Source of the DNA: Eledone cirrhosa
Lineage: Eukaryota
NCBI GenBank assembly: GCA_964016885.1
Contig: OZ024742.1
Coordinates: 314,650,001-314,714,000 of the forward strand
DNA length: 64,000 nt
Reading direction: 5' to 3'
A program made the translations under genes and the position numbers. The notes beneath the pieces were generated by a model that made no database searches, had not been told where the DNA came from, and worked only from the letters and a program-made list of their open reading frames with translations. Positions 27,760-41,860 of this stretch are shown in pieces. Position 1 is the stretch's first letter; every line of letters starts with the position of its first letter.

Positions 27760-30300
27760 GTTTACACTTAATTGTTGTACTGGTGACAGCAACGATGGGT
27801 ATAAATGGAGAAGGGGAAATTGAAACCCTTTAATGGACAACGTAACGAACTGCCCCCCACGTATAAGATGGAGAAAGTGGACAGACGGTGTTTTTTTATT
27901 ACAACTGGACGATAAAATAACACAAATCTAAACGCAAAGCTAGTCATTGCAGACTTACTGAAAATAAACATTATCGAACATATTAGCAGATTAAAGGCAA
28001 TACTATCCGTAGCAGCAAATATCTTTCAAAAGGTAATTGATTACTTCATGTAGACATTCTCATATCAGAATACCAAAGCTCGAGCAAATAGTCATACAGA
28101 AAACATTGTAAATGAAAACTAAATATATCTCAGCGATCAATAACGAAAATATACAAATGAAAACAAAGAAAGTATAGACTACTGCAAAAGCTTAACTTAA
28201 GAAAATAGCGTATCCCGAAACAAAATCCACCGGTAACATGATATTCTAGCTAAATCGCAGGAACGTTTTCGGTATCAAGAACAACAACGAATCAAGCAGT
28301 ATGACGCCAACACCCCCAAAAATGTCATCCATAGCTAGGAAAACATTTACAAATCGATGCTTGATCAAAATCTAAAGAATTAGAAATAATCTTGCAAAGA
28401 GTAAGGTCATTGAAGGGGATATAAAGGAGGCGAATGTGTACAAAAGAATGAAAACACTACCTGATCAATCGTGAGAGGCCATATAAATACATGAATAAGC
28501 AGCATATATGCTACAAAAAAGGAAGACACTAGGGAAGTTTCAAATCCTAGCTTTCTATTTGAACAGTGTCATACATATAACAAACTAAAAGAGATGGTCT
28601 GTAGGATGTTGACAGAACCTAAAAAAATAGAAAGCCCTAATAACTACATGCCAATAATGTGCCTTCCTATAACAAACATTGTTCTAACTCCAACAATATC
28701 ACAGAATATATATAATAATCTGGAAATAAACATCTTGTTTCCAGATGAGAAAAATGATGCTTCAAAGACTCGTATGCTCAACAAGCCCATCATAGAGGAC
28801 TGTAAAATAAAGAGGAGCATGGAATGGATTGACAGATTTGATAATTATTACCCACACGAGGATCCTGGAAACGTTAACTATGAGTCAGCTAGCAATGTTA
28901 ATAAGTAGATATATAAAGATATCATGAGTAAAAATATAACACTTCTGCATATATAGGGAATATGTAAAAACAAAACAAGGAATTATAAAGACTAATCCCA
29001 CGTCTCTTATAAAAGGATTATTGCAAGGGGATACCCTCCATCTCGACCGATAATGCATGGAAATAAAACATTCAATTAACATATCACACCAGACTAGAAA
29101 CGGATACAAATGCTATAATAGGATAATCAAAATTGTTTTGTATATAGACAATCTCACACAGAGGGTAAACATCTAGAAACAGCACCATGGACACTATACA
29201 GATGAGTTCAAGGATTGATATAAGAAACGTTCAAAAGAGTAGAATCAAGAACATAAACAGAGTTCTACATGGATGAACAGACTGACAGATATTAGATCAA
29301 TTAGAGACACAATTACTTATGAATCAACCACGTTGTCACAACGTTAAGATCCAACACAGTACACCAATTTTGTTAATTCCTACAGCACACTGACAATATT
29401 TAAAAACAGTTTAGGAAGGAATAATACAGGCGCATAATATAAATACTTAAAATCTTATTAAACACGATTCACATTGTCACAATAAAATGCCACGTTCAGT
29501 AATAAGTGATAGTTGTGACATTATATTAGCAAGACTAGACAGAAAATAAAACAAGAAAATAAGGACACCATTTAGTAAACACCACTTTATATCTGACATA
29601 AAATAATTATATATATCTTGAATATAGATAGAAAAAGATGTTCCAAATTATCAACTGTCACTACCAAACGTGGCGTAAATTTGTTTTGACGAAAACAGAT
29701 ACAAAGTACAAAATAGTAATGGTAAAGACTAAAATATAAGTGATATTACTAGATGCGATGCTGAAACGATGGCAATATAATCGCATGTGGGGACAATTCT
29801 ATAAAACAATAAACAGGTAGAAATATTAGAAGGAAAAAGACACCATTGATGAGAAACCATACAATGTAAGTTGTGACTGCAGATTATTTTATTGATGTAG
29901 AGACATAGCTAATAAGGAATACATTCACAAACACTGGTGATCGTGCAAATATGAAATACTACCAGTAAAATATCACTATACACATATATCTGAACATTGA
30001 CAGATATATATGAAGCAATCAAACTATGTAAGATTTCAATCTACACAGATGAGCAGAGGAAAACTAAAAGGCCGAATATTGAAAGTCGAGTAGGAAATGA
30101 AGTTCTTCCTATTTGAATTACCAACCCGACGAGATGATGACTTATGAAATTTTAAAACATTCACAATAGGAAAATAGGGATAATTTAATCACAAGAAACC
30201 TAGATACCTCGTAGACATAAACAATCCAAACCTCATTACAAACGAAAAGGAAACAATGGTAGAAATAAACCATATCTACACTGTATGAACAGTGAACAGA
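27760..30300 (+). pseudogene. Old, heavily decayed R4/Dong-clade RLE retrotransposon
   Basis: PNNYMPIMCLP...IYNNLEINILFPDEK (cf. NYRPITCL...HL..NNLLP.EQ), KGLLQGDTL (~29012) and a TD...RPNI remnant (~30045-30080). Boundaries approximate. Confidence 0.7.
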
Positions 30301-31299
30301 TATGCACTTGGTAGTATAAATTTAGATTCTGAAGCAGAACATTATATTGGAATGCTGGAGTTGTTAAAGATGTGATGTGACTAGCGGCTATAAATTAGCT
30401 AGATGTCTTGTACCGGCCGCATCAGCTGATATTCAAATACGTGAGAGGTTTAGGTTCCCACCTTCAGTTGAAGAAATTTAAAGAAATTAATTCGTGCCAC
30501 CCAACTACATAAAATATTTTGAAAGACATGGCAAACAGTTTAGTAAAGTATAAATATAGAACATTATTCCCTGGGATATGTAAGCGTATAATGTGTGAAA
30601 TAATAGCGAATGGAGTAGATGTTATTATAATGGGAAATCGATCCTAGTATTGTACCCCTATTACTGCATATGTGAAAATGATAATAACACCTAGATAAAC
30701 TACCTAACTATAAAATTTGGTGATGGGAAAAGGAAGAATGTGAACAATCAAAAATATTAGATCTCTTGGAGCTGAGCGGAAAAAAGAAATGAAGTATCGT
30801 TTATATATTGGAAAAGGCTAGAAAATATTGTTCCAAGAAAACCAATATTCTTCGTAAAATCCTACCGTAAAAGGAATGAAAAAATAATAAAATACTCTAC
30901 ATTTAACATGCAGAAAGTTTATTCATTTATCATTAACGTGATAATAATAATAATAATATTTTGTAGGTGAAAATCGTTTTATTTAATCGACCGCCAGGAG
31001 GAAAAGGAAAGCTATCTTCGGTGGGATTTAAACTCAGAAGGAGAAAAGTATAATAACAACAAAAATAGGGTTAACATTAAAAAAAAACGTTAAGAATGAC
31101 ACAGAATTATATAATGTGGGCTTCAGTTTGTAAAAAGCGTTATAACAAAAACTAAAAAATAAACAGGAAAATTCAAACAAAAAAATTCTCCAGTAGAGGT
31201 GGACCTCTATGGGTCACCCGTGGAAGAGACATCTGAAACAGAAAATTCTCGTTAAGTCGTATCGAGTATGTGTGTATGAAAAGCACCAACGTTTCTTTG

Positions 31300-33450
31300 A
31301 ATAAATCAATCATCTCTACTCCAACCCCAAATTATTTTACTAATAATTTTGTAAAACTAAAATAGTTATCCCTGCCATAACAACAAGTGGGATAGAAATA
31401 TTTTAGGAAGATGTATTGACTGCAAACAAACCACCAGAGACGTCACAGATGAACATTGACTTTGAACTATCGCCGGAGGCTATCAAAACAACAGCTACGG
31501 CGAACCTAAATATCTGCAGACCCATAGCAGGCATTTTACAACGTACAAAGTCTTAGTTGAAATAATATCTTAGAGTTGAAATAAACACAGAACAGACGAG
31601 GTGATAAAAAATATATAAGCCTGAAATTCAATTACTGATTTTAAGAAGAACCATAACTGAAAGGGGCAGAGAGGAAAAGAAGGGTCTGATTACAACGCGA
31701 ATTGATTACCAGAAGGCTTTTCACAGTATTCTTCACGGGTGCAGAATACTGTGGGGTCTGGAATCATTAGCCGTAAGTAAAGCTGCACCAATAGTAAAGG
31801 GATATATGAAACAATATGAGTAAAATTTCAGACTATTTTGCAGATGTAGACAAAAGAGAGAACCATAAAAATTAAACCATTAAAAGAGGAATATTCCCAT
31901 GAATTCCCTATCTCCACTCCTCTTTAGTTAGGAAATGACAAGTTAAACAGAAATGGAATCGGACCTAAAAACTACAATAAGAAACTAATCGTTTATATAT
32001 GAACGATTTGAAGTAGTATGAAGACAACTAGAAAATCTAGTGCGGAGTGTGTAGAGAATTACCAGATAAATCTATAAGAGATTTGTATTAGAAACGTGCA
32101 GCCTTCAAGAGAGGGTAATTAATTAAAAAGAAAAGATTAATATCATGATACCATGTTAGATAATGAAACTGAGATAATATAATTAGACTAAACATAGACA
32201 TACAAAAGATTAAGACTTTATGAACTAGAAAGAGTTCAAGAGATGCAAATTACAGGAGATATTGGAAAAAGCATATTACAGACGTATACAGTTAATACTT
32301 ATAACAGAGCTAAATGTAGAATAATAGGTAACCGTCATCAGAATTCTAGTTGTCCCAGTTACATATTATATTTAGAACATTCTTAATTGGATGGAAAACG
32401 AAATGGTAAGACTAGACAAAATACAACAGACGTTGTCTTAGTAATATCTGATACTTATAATAGTCTTAATTGAACGGTTGATGGAGTAGCAAAGTGTAGA
32501 GAAAAACTAAAAGAATGATAACATTTAGCATACCTTACATAATAACTGATATAGAAAGACAATATGTTGGGCATTATGCCACTAGAAATCTATTATAAAT
32601 ATTCACTGTAAGAATATAGACATACGCAGTAAAGGACCATGTGAAGCAAATGGCTAAGAAATACGATCAAATTTAAAATTTGTTTCATGTGACCAACGAA
32701 GCCAACGAATACAAAAATGAGATCGTCAGGGTGCAATGACAATTTTATGGCAAAATAAACCCCTACGCATTAGAAAATCGAAACTGCTAGACAAGGAGGA
32801 AGTAAAAAAAGAACATTTGCAACAGGCTAAGATGCAGAGGAATTAAAGTCGAGACTGAAAGATGCTTAATTGCAGCAAAGAATCAATGCCTTGCAACCAG
32901 ACACAACCAGAGGCTCATAATGACACAGAATAGCGTAAGTAACTACAGTGAATTCAAAAATGGAGCCCATCAACAGCTACAACAGAGTTGGGAATTATAT
33001 ACACTAGGGGAGATGTCAGCATTATGAGATGCCAACTGAAACATCTGATATCGGCATATAACAGAAACGAATATCAGATAATATCAGTTTTGAAACAATT
33101 GTAAAGATGCGTATTAAACAGAAAAGAATTATCAGATAATACCAATGTGATTTTTGAAAAAAATTGTAAAGATGCATAAATACCACAACATTTTCCTTCA
33201 AAAACACTGTGTCTGCCAAGCCATCGCATATTTAAAATAAAATAGTCAGTACGTTACGTTACATATTTACTTTTGATGATTTGCAGAAGATGGTTGATAT
33301 ATCATATATGGGCACCGAAGTATACCCATGATAAGATATTTAAGACATGGTGGGGCATGTCTCTCGTCATGTCTTACCATTGACGATATCTTCCAGAGAA
33401 GAAGAAGAAGAAGAATTCTCTCAATTCTTGGATGGTATTTTAACAATACT
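31300..33450 (+). pseudogene. Second old R4/Dong-clade relic
   Basis: IDYQKAFHSILH (~31701), KRGIF..SLSPLL (~31882), LYMNDLK (~31993) and KVETERCLIAAKNQCLATR (~32845). Boundaries approximate. Confidence 0.75.
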
Positions 33451-33554
33451 AGGAGGGCAAATATAATCACTGCAGCATATGAAATCTAAATATAAAATTC
33501 AAGCCTACTGATGTCAACCGTTGTTTTAATTCCTTTCTAATTCAGTAAATAAGG

Positions 33555-33785
33555 GTTTCTTATTAAGGCACAATGGCAGTAATTCTTCTTTTTTTTTGTA
33601 ATAGTGAAGAATAAGTCGATTACTTTGATCTCCATGTGTGTCTTATATTATAGTTTATCGACCCTAGAAGGATAAAACGTCAACGTTGACGATAGTGTGA
33701 TTCGAATTCAGATGGAAAAAACCTTACCTAAATAGAGTAAAGGATTATGTTCGATTCTCCAACAATTATTCCAATTTACCACACT
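33555..33785 (-). mobile_element. Degenerate SINE (same Meta-like family)
   Basis: aggcacaatggcagtaatt...aagtcgattac...tttatcgaccctagaaggataaaa...gattcgaattcaga. Confidence 0.65.
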
Positions 33786-33899
33786 CGTACCCATAAAATA
33801 GGGTGACCATGTAATACTAGATGGACAATTTAGAAATCGTGACATATAATTAGGATAAAATAGGAAGTTTCACTATACAGAGTAAACCATTTCTGTAAA

Positions 33900-34900
33900 T
33901 ATAACAGAGAATCACCACCACATAAACTCTTTTAATTAACGTTGCACATCTTGTGTTCTCTTGCCAAGCAATAGCAAGAGCATTCTCCCACTTGTCATTC
34001 TCAGCTGGATGCTAAATCTATGGCTTTTTATTCGCCACTTTTGCGAGACATTGACTTATCCTGCCTGTTTGATAAAATTGTATAAGTCAGGATTTATCTG
34101 ATACGGAACATGCACGTTCGCATAAAATTCGGCGATTTTCAAATACCATGATTACCTTCGAATGTATAACATCATATCATTTAGCATAACAAACAGAGCT
34201 GTCCACACACAGATGTTTGATAGAAAATCTAGCACTTGGCCAGTGGGATGCATCCGTTCCATAAAAAGCGAAATACCAGACTCTCCAATCACATAGAAAA
34301 AACGACTTGAACATAGGATGATAATGTCAGAGAGGACACTCTGCTTTAAGTGCTTTTCAGACCCTACCTACCTGGACATCCGGATGAAACAGGACCAATG
34401 ATCTAACGCAACATATACCTACATATGTAGATGTTGTGCTGAACTCATTTGAGTTAATAATTTATCTAGTTACTCTCTCTCTCATTCCTTTAGAATGAAA
34501 TGTACCACCCTCCCCAGACCTAAAGAAAGTCGGTTGTCCTTCAAAACCTCCAGCTGCTGCAGTGAGGTCTTTGTTTCGAGGCAATATATACGGAGCGGAA
34601 AACTGAAGAGACACTTGACATGTCGGGTGTCTAATTTTAAATGGTTCCGATATTAACCATCTGGTTTGAGCATGAAGCAGATACCGCTGTACATATAAGT
34701 GACCCAAACCTTGAAACTGAACAGAAACCAGAATTTGGAAACATCCACCAATTAACAGTGGTTGATTGCATGAAAGGCTTTTGATTGACCAAATTCATAA
34801 GCACCCCACCGATTTCGCTGCTAACATTTCGCTGCATGCATCTTATCGAGTGTATATTTGCATGGGGCAAAACGGCACAGAATGGTTAAAGAAATATTTG
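33900..34900 (-). pseudogene. Decayed Tx1/L1-clade RT fragment
   Basis: Minus-strand pieces GGVLMNL, ISEPFKIRHPTCQ and LESLVFRFLWNGCIPL parallel LPEPFNIMRSVRQ and LERLLFRFLLKGRAPM in the Tx1 copy at 56640-58559. Confidence 0.65.
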
Positions 34901-35474
34901 TGGGCAATTTCAACGTTAGTATACGGGTCGCCTCATACAATTTACTAGCGCCTTCTATCTATAATGTATTTCTGTCTATGGCTACCTCTTTGATAAACAC
35001 CGTTGACTCTGCTCTAAACTTTTGGTCAATAGCTGTAAACAAATTGGGTAATTTAATAATTATTTAAATACGTTTTAAAGATTAATTCTTTTAAAGTTGT
35101 AGTAAAATATTAAGGGAATATCTTACCTTAAAATTTAAAATGATAATAATCTATAATGAGCTAAATTAAATTATATAAATTTATAATTAACTTAAATATG
35201 TGATTGCTATAGAAAGTAATCTATACCGAATAATCTAGATATAATATAAAAGTATAATTAGCTAAAACATAATCCAATACAAGCGATATTCATTGATATA
35301 TGTGAATATATTTTTGATTTCTTATTTTATCTAGCATTTGAAATCAACGGCTTTTTATTCACCTCTAGTTGGTGTTTCTTTTTCTTTTTCTTAGTTTTTC
35401 TTTATTCCCTCTCTTTTGTCTTTAGTCCTCTTTTCTTTCATATATTTCTTTTATTCTTTTATTCATTCATTGAT

Positions 35475-35505
<31 letters not shown>

Positions 35506-35788
35506 TTTCTAGCCCTTTCCTCTTCTTTGCGCCCCTCTTATATCTCTAACTTGCTCTACATCCTTTTCTTCTTTAAGTTTATCATATTATTTGTGGTATA
35601 AAAACGTTGATGAAATAAATCACTGCTAATATCGGAATTGAATAATCAAAACCGTAGCGGTATGTCACATATCAAATCATATATTTTTTTCTGATGAAAA
35701 CGTACTTAAACACCATAGTACCTTTGAAATATGTATAATAAAATATATATTTTGATTATGAGAATATTTTTCATTTGTTAACATTTTG

Positions 35789-35859
<71 letters not shown>

Positions 35860-35860
<1 letters not shown>

Positions 35861-36323
35861 ATATTAATAAAAGATCGGAGGCCATATTCAGTCAGTTCAG
35901 GTTTATTTAAAACCCCGTTATACATATTACACTGAAGACTATCAGTTTAAATAGCCCGAGCTCTTCACACGGTAAAACCTAAAATATACATTGACAGTTC
36001 CTAATAAACCATTAAATTTGGAAAAATCCAATAATCTCCCCGAAAAATATATTCTTTTCATGATATAGTGGGCCGGTCGTCTGAAGAGCTCAGACTATGT
36101 AAACTGATAGTCCTCAGTGAAATATGTATGATGGAGTTTTAAATAAACCTGAACTAACTGAATATGGCCTCCGATCTTTTATTACTATATAATGGTACGT
36201 CCTGTATTATTTATACAGGTCGTTGAGCACTTCTTTTTATCTGCTTCACAACCGACAGACCATAATGTGATCAGCGCATCCATGTTCTGTTAACTCTCTA
36301 TCTCTCCCCATCTCTTTCTCTCT

Positions 36324-36325
<2 letters not shown>
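35860..36325 (+). mobile_element. Short Penelope-like fold-back: ~113-bp inverted arms, spacer and tail; degenerate hammerhead
   Basis: 35860-35972 is the reverse complement of ~36078-36190. Contains CTGAAGA (36081), a GACTAT/ATAGTC hairpin and GAAA (36119). The spacer reads NKPLNLEKSNNLPEKY, like a GIY-YIG C-terminus. TA runs flank it. Confidence 0.7.
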
Positions 36326-36398
<73 letters not shown>

Positions 36399-36799
36399 CA
36401 TACAGAGAGAGAGAGAGGGGGGATTTGTAAAACCCGTTTAAAAGTAACGGGCAATTGAGTAACGCGTCACCTTCAAGACAAAATTAAAAGAGATTAAATT
36501 ATAATCAACGTTGTTTTAATATAAATCAATTTGGTTGAATGATAAAGTGAGACGAAATAAAACACGACCGGCCGGTCGGGTGAGGACGTTTAGCGAGTTT
36601 CTTACCCTTAGTGTAATGTGATCTTAATACGAAAGTATTATAGAACGTGTGGCCTGTCTGGAGATATAATCGGAGGAAAAATCTCCGTGATTTACTTCAT
36701 TCGTCCGAAATACTATTTAAAAAAAAGTCTGAACGTGTTTGATATTAGACATCAATATTATATTTAACATACCTGTATGGTAAAATAGCAACATACGTG

Positions 36800-39250
36800 T
36801 TATGGACTAGACGAGATGAAGTGAGATAGAGACATCAATCTAATCTCACTTTTAGATGTAGGGTGATTAAAGAAATAAGTTAAAAATTGAAATGGAACAA
36901 CTCATAAACAAGTAAGATCAAAGTAACGAATACACATACAAATAATTAACGGCTAAAGGAATTAGGAACATGATATCATAACCTACCAGGCACAAAACAC
37001 CTTTAATGAGCGCATAAAATAAATCATACTTTTTCAAGGACTAGGTAACCTACGGGATACTTAGTAAATAAGACGTTACAAAGAAATCAGACAAAAACAA
37101 CTTACATCGAACTTCGAAGATTATGATAAACAGCAGACATATAACAATGAAAACTACAAAAGACAATGCACCATTGACTGTAGTCAATATAAATTCAGGA
37201 TGACCTAAACGAAATAATACAGTAAACTGAAGAGAAACTAAGTAAGTGTAACTAAGTAAGTATAAGTAGTACATAAAGCTTTGTTCAAACGAAACATGAA
37301 CATAACCCTTTAAATAATTTTACTCACGGAAGCAAACTAGTCAAATGTTAATAGACGGAATAAGATAATTATTTCAAATTCAAAGTTTGTATCGTGGGAA
37401 ACCGGGCTTGATCCTAATCTAGCTAGATCTTAAACGCAAAACATTTTGAAAATTAATAGAAATTCTACTACTTAGAGTTTAAAACAAAGAACAAAGGTAT
37501 ATTTCATCTTAGCGAAATTAAAATTAAATGATCTAACATTATAAAGAAAGGATACCCCAAATTATTCAAACGTATAGTATCAATACAAAAGTAAAATACA
37601 CTAGAAGCAAAGAAAAGGTTTTTTGAAAATCATAGCAAAAGCATGCAGAAGACGCTTCGAAAAATGTGAGCGACATTTTGTAAGAAAACACGTTGATTTA
37701 TTAAGACATGTAAATGTTTTACAGGGACATCAATAGCGAAAAAAACATTACACCGGAGGATACACTGACATTAACGGAAATTCAAGCATACTGGGACGGA
37801 ATATGGGAAATAGGCATTCAGCACAACCAAAAAGCAAAATGGTTCAGAAGGAAAAATAGTAAAATTATATAACACATCAAGCATGGCCCACCAGAGCGGG
37901 CAAAACACTCACCAACACTTTCAGAACTGCAAGCAACTGGAAGTCCACTGGGATTGACAAAGTCCCCAAATTGTGGCTGAAGCACCTGACCAGTACTCAT
38001 GAATCTGTAGCAGCAGTATTCAATGAACTCGAAACCAGATCAGAGTCAACACCTGAATGGCTGCTGGAGAGGAAAACAATATTAATTCCCAAAAACAAAA
38101 ACAACGAATAAACCCGAAATTATAAGCCTGGACATTGCTTGCTCAGAACCTACAAAGCCCTCACGTCTAATCCCTATAGCGGGCAGAAAGGATGAAAGAG
38201 ATACATAGCTGTAACGAAAAGCTAATATAAACCATGCCATTATAGTAATTAGCACAAACTGGAAACCAGATCTTTACAGTTGGTACTATAATAAACTCTT
38301 GGATACACTAGATCCTCTACATAAATAAACCAACTTCATTACTAACACGGTACAAAAGTATGTGATGTTAAATGTGTGAACAATCTATAATATTACTACC
38401 AGGCAAAGAGAAAACTACAAATCCATTAGGTGTCTCCTTATCTTCGAATAGATATGCTGAATAAAGAATCAATGGTTCTATGCACTACAGACGAATGGTA
38501 AACAACCTCCTCTATATAGATGATTAAACGTACTTAGAGGGGAAGATAACCAGTAGGAATACCAATATTAAATATTGCTTACAAAATCAATGAATATATA
38601 TATATATATATATTTATTGGTAAACGGAATAGAAAATGCTGACAAATTGTTCACAGTTGAAAAATGGTTTAATTAGGAATAAAAGAGTATTAGTGATTGT
38701 GGTTTTAAGTTTTTAAGTTTTTACCAGTTGCGCATTTCTAAATGCTTTTCAAAAATAATTTTGAGATAGAGTGTCCGTGCTGTTTGCTCTGAGAGTCATT
38801 TCTCAATCTTGGCACAAAACCAATTTTTTATCCACATGACCTCTACCGACCAATCAAAATTGTTTTGACCAAGAATTTTTGCTGGAGCCACTTTTTTAAC
38901 ATAAAAACAGTCTTGGCGCAAAATCAACTTTTTACATTCACATGACCTCTACCGACCAATCAAAATTGTTTTGACCACAAGCATTTTTGCAACACAAAAA
39001 TAACGCTGGAGCCACTTTTTTAACATAAAAACAGGTAGAATTCCCAAAACTAATCAGATCAGAGCAAACAGCACGGACACTCTATCTCAAAATTATTTTT
39101 GAAAAGAATTTAGAAATGCGCAACCGGTAAAAACTTAAAAACTTAAAACCACAACTGAATACTAACCCATACAATCACTAATACTCTTTTATTCCTAATT
39201 AAACCATTTTTCAACTGTGAACAATTTGTCAGCATTTTCTATTCCGTTTA

Positions 39251-39284
<34 letters not shown>

Positions 39285-39950
39285 TATGAGACTAGATAAA
39301 TATGCTATTATAAACGAGGCAAAATAAAATAAACTGAGTACATTAGATAAACCTCAGGAACCACATAAATCAAGCTAATATTGAAGAAAGAATCACTTAG
39401 CTCATTGCTAGAAATATTTTGCGTCCGTAAACACCCAGGGTTGTTACACCAGTTGTAAATATACTTTCAAAACATTGTAAGTTAAACTTACACGACAGAA
39501 AAAATGGAAACTACTAACGCTGTTTCGTATTTACTAGACAAAAGCTAATATAGTTAGAATAGCTAAAGCAACTATGATAAAAACTTATGTGACTAGCGAA
39601 CAACGTACCTCGGGAACTTTAGAAAACAAACTGTTCTCTTATATAAAGAGAAGCAATATACAACCTAAAAGAATCCAGCCATACCTAAAATAATAAAAGT
39701 TACATATATATAGAAAACCTTTTAAAACGGTCAAAATGAAAAAGTTACTCCACATTATATTAAAACTATTCCATATGACGTATATGCTTCTACAGGGATC
39801 TTTTCAGTTTACATGGAATCCAACGAGGCAAAAAGCTGAAAGACGAAATAGAAAGTTTTAAAATAATCTGCGCAGTTCTCAATGCCAGCCTCAAATGACG
39901 ATAATTGTAAAATTAAGAGTAAAAATCGCAGTGTGTGCAATCTGTACAAT
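36800..39950 (+). pseudogene. Old R4/Dong-clade relic interrupted by a MITE
   Basis: SNWKSTGIDKVPKLWLKHLTSTH...TPEWLLERKTILIPK...NYKP (37935-38130) and NNLLYIDD (~38501). Outer boundaries are guesses. Confidence 0.7.
38615..39256. mobile_element. MITE / non-autonomous DNA transposon with ~180-bp TIRs and an internal ~100-bp tandem duplication
   Basis: 38615-38792 is the reverse complement of 39059-39256 (the right arm has 21 extra bp). Direct repeats ~38808-38910 and ~38912-39033. Flanked by (TA)n. No coding capacity. Confidence 0.88.
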
Positions 39951-40299
39951 GAAAGAAATGGTGAAATTATATCTAATTGCCGAATCCTATCCACGTCGCT
40001 GTATATCCACACACATCATTATATCGATAACTATGACCACAGTGAAAAATGCTGAAACACCGAACTGTAAATAATTCACAAAGCTGTAAATCTTTAATAC
40101 TAACAATTTCACACCTCAGATGCTACATTAACATTATCCAACACTGAAACACATAACGCTAACCACACACCACAAACAAAATATATACCACCCCATCATC
40201 ATAACACACAATATATTTCACGTAATCTGAACGAAATAAATTGTAAAATAGTATCAGAAGCATCACTTCACACACACATAACAAAATATAACTGATGTA

Positions 40300-41520
40300 G
40301 TATATTAATACAGGCCGACATCCGCAAAAGCCACTACCTCACAAAGCTCTTGAATACGAGCTGAAACGGGAGCTGCAGTAGAAAAGAGCATAAAGCATAA
40401 TAGACGTATTGATGTTAATATTGACTATTTGCTGGAGGTAAAATACTTCGAGTCCTCCAAAACGAAAGCAGCACACACTCACACAATTATCGACCTATAA
40501 AATGCCTGCTAACAATATCAATAATGAATGTACAGTCATCTAGTTACATATCTGGAAAGTAGCTAAATGTTAACAGAACACAAATGGTGCCAGAGAGCGA
40601 TGTATATTTGTAAATAGAAAATGCGGAAGGATACGGCTACTATACTACAAAGTTAGGAAAATATACCTCATTATGGCCTCCTGGATTGGCTACCAGAGGG
40701 CTTTAGATATTATTCTACACTTATTGATACTGAAGTCACTCAACATAAAGGAAGAAGCCCCAACACTATATCAAATACAGGAGTCATGCACTGACAAAAT
40801 AGAGAATCATTGTAACTCTGAAAAAGAGGAAAACGTACGCCAAAGCCAACCCTATACCTATAAAAATGGAATTTGTCAGAGGGATAAATTCTCCAACCTA
40901 CATCTTTACCATGCACTGATCCCATTACCAGACGTCACGAAGGAAATCACAATGGAGTACAGATGTTACGAATAAAATATAAATGATCTCCTGAAAAATA
41001 ATATAAATAAAAAGAAATATGAGGAAGAGTTAATAAGAAATCACGACCACGGGAGGGGGGGGTCTATCTTAGGACATTACTAAATAATATAAATCAGTAG
41101 ATCTTCCTATGGACCAAATGAAACCTCCTCCAGGATAACGCTCAACATCAATAACAATAAAAACACTAACCAGATCACAGACCATTTGAATTAAAATAAT
41201 CACATCAGTAACAGCGTGAGTGTAAAGTATTAAAGAGAGGATTTGAAATCAAATTTACAAAAGGTAATCGCTAGTGAAACACGCGATGAAATTCTCAATC
41301 ACTGAGAAACTGTTTAACTGCTAATTACTTACAATGACAAAGATTATCTGATAAAGATGCCAAAGCTTGATGTAAGTTGGATAGATGTGTTGCAAAACAA
41401 GAAGCAGAAAAATGGCTAAATGTAAAAAAAAAAATGATAAATTTACTGGAGAGAAGAATAAATGAAACATGACTGAAATGGATCAACTCTCGAAGCAGAG
41501 ACATTACGTATTACTGAAAA
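40300..41520 (+). pseudogene. Further R4-like RT relic
   Basis: WIGYQRALD and YKNGICQRDKFSNLHLYHALIPL (cf. WIDYKKAFD and IKRGIFQGDSLSPLLF.LAL.PL). Confidence 0.6.
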
Positions 41521-41674
41521 GAAGCAAAACAGCCCCGTTATTACGTATACATTCTGCCTCTAACGAATTGTATTCACAAATAAAATAGCTCTATTGTGCA
41601 TTTATATCTAAATATGCTCATAGAATTTTGGTTATTGGCATTCACCATATGATGAAGTTTTAGAGAATAATAAT

Positions 41675-41860
41675 TGTTTCTATTTTTGGCACAAGGCCAG
41701 CAATTAACTCAGTACATTACTGGTACTTTATTTTATCGACCCCGTAAGGATGAAAGGCAAAGTTAACCTCGGCGGGAATTGAACTCAGATCGTAAAGGGA
41801 CGTAACTATGCTGGAAAGCATATCCTACCCTCTACCGATACTGCCAATTCACGGCCATAT
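41675..41860 (-). mobile_element. Well-preserved SINE with 11-bp target-site duplication
   Basis: Same family motifs. agaataataat occurs at 41664-41674 and 41861-41871. Confidence 0.88.
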
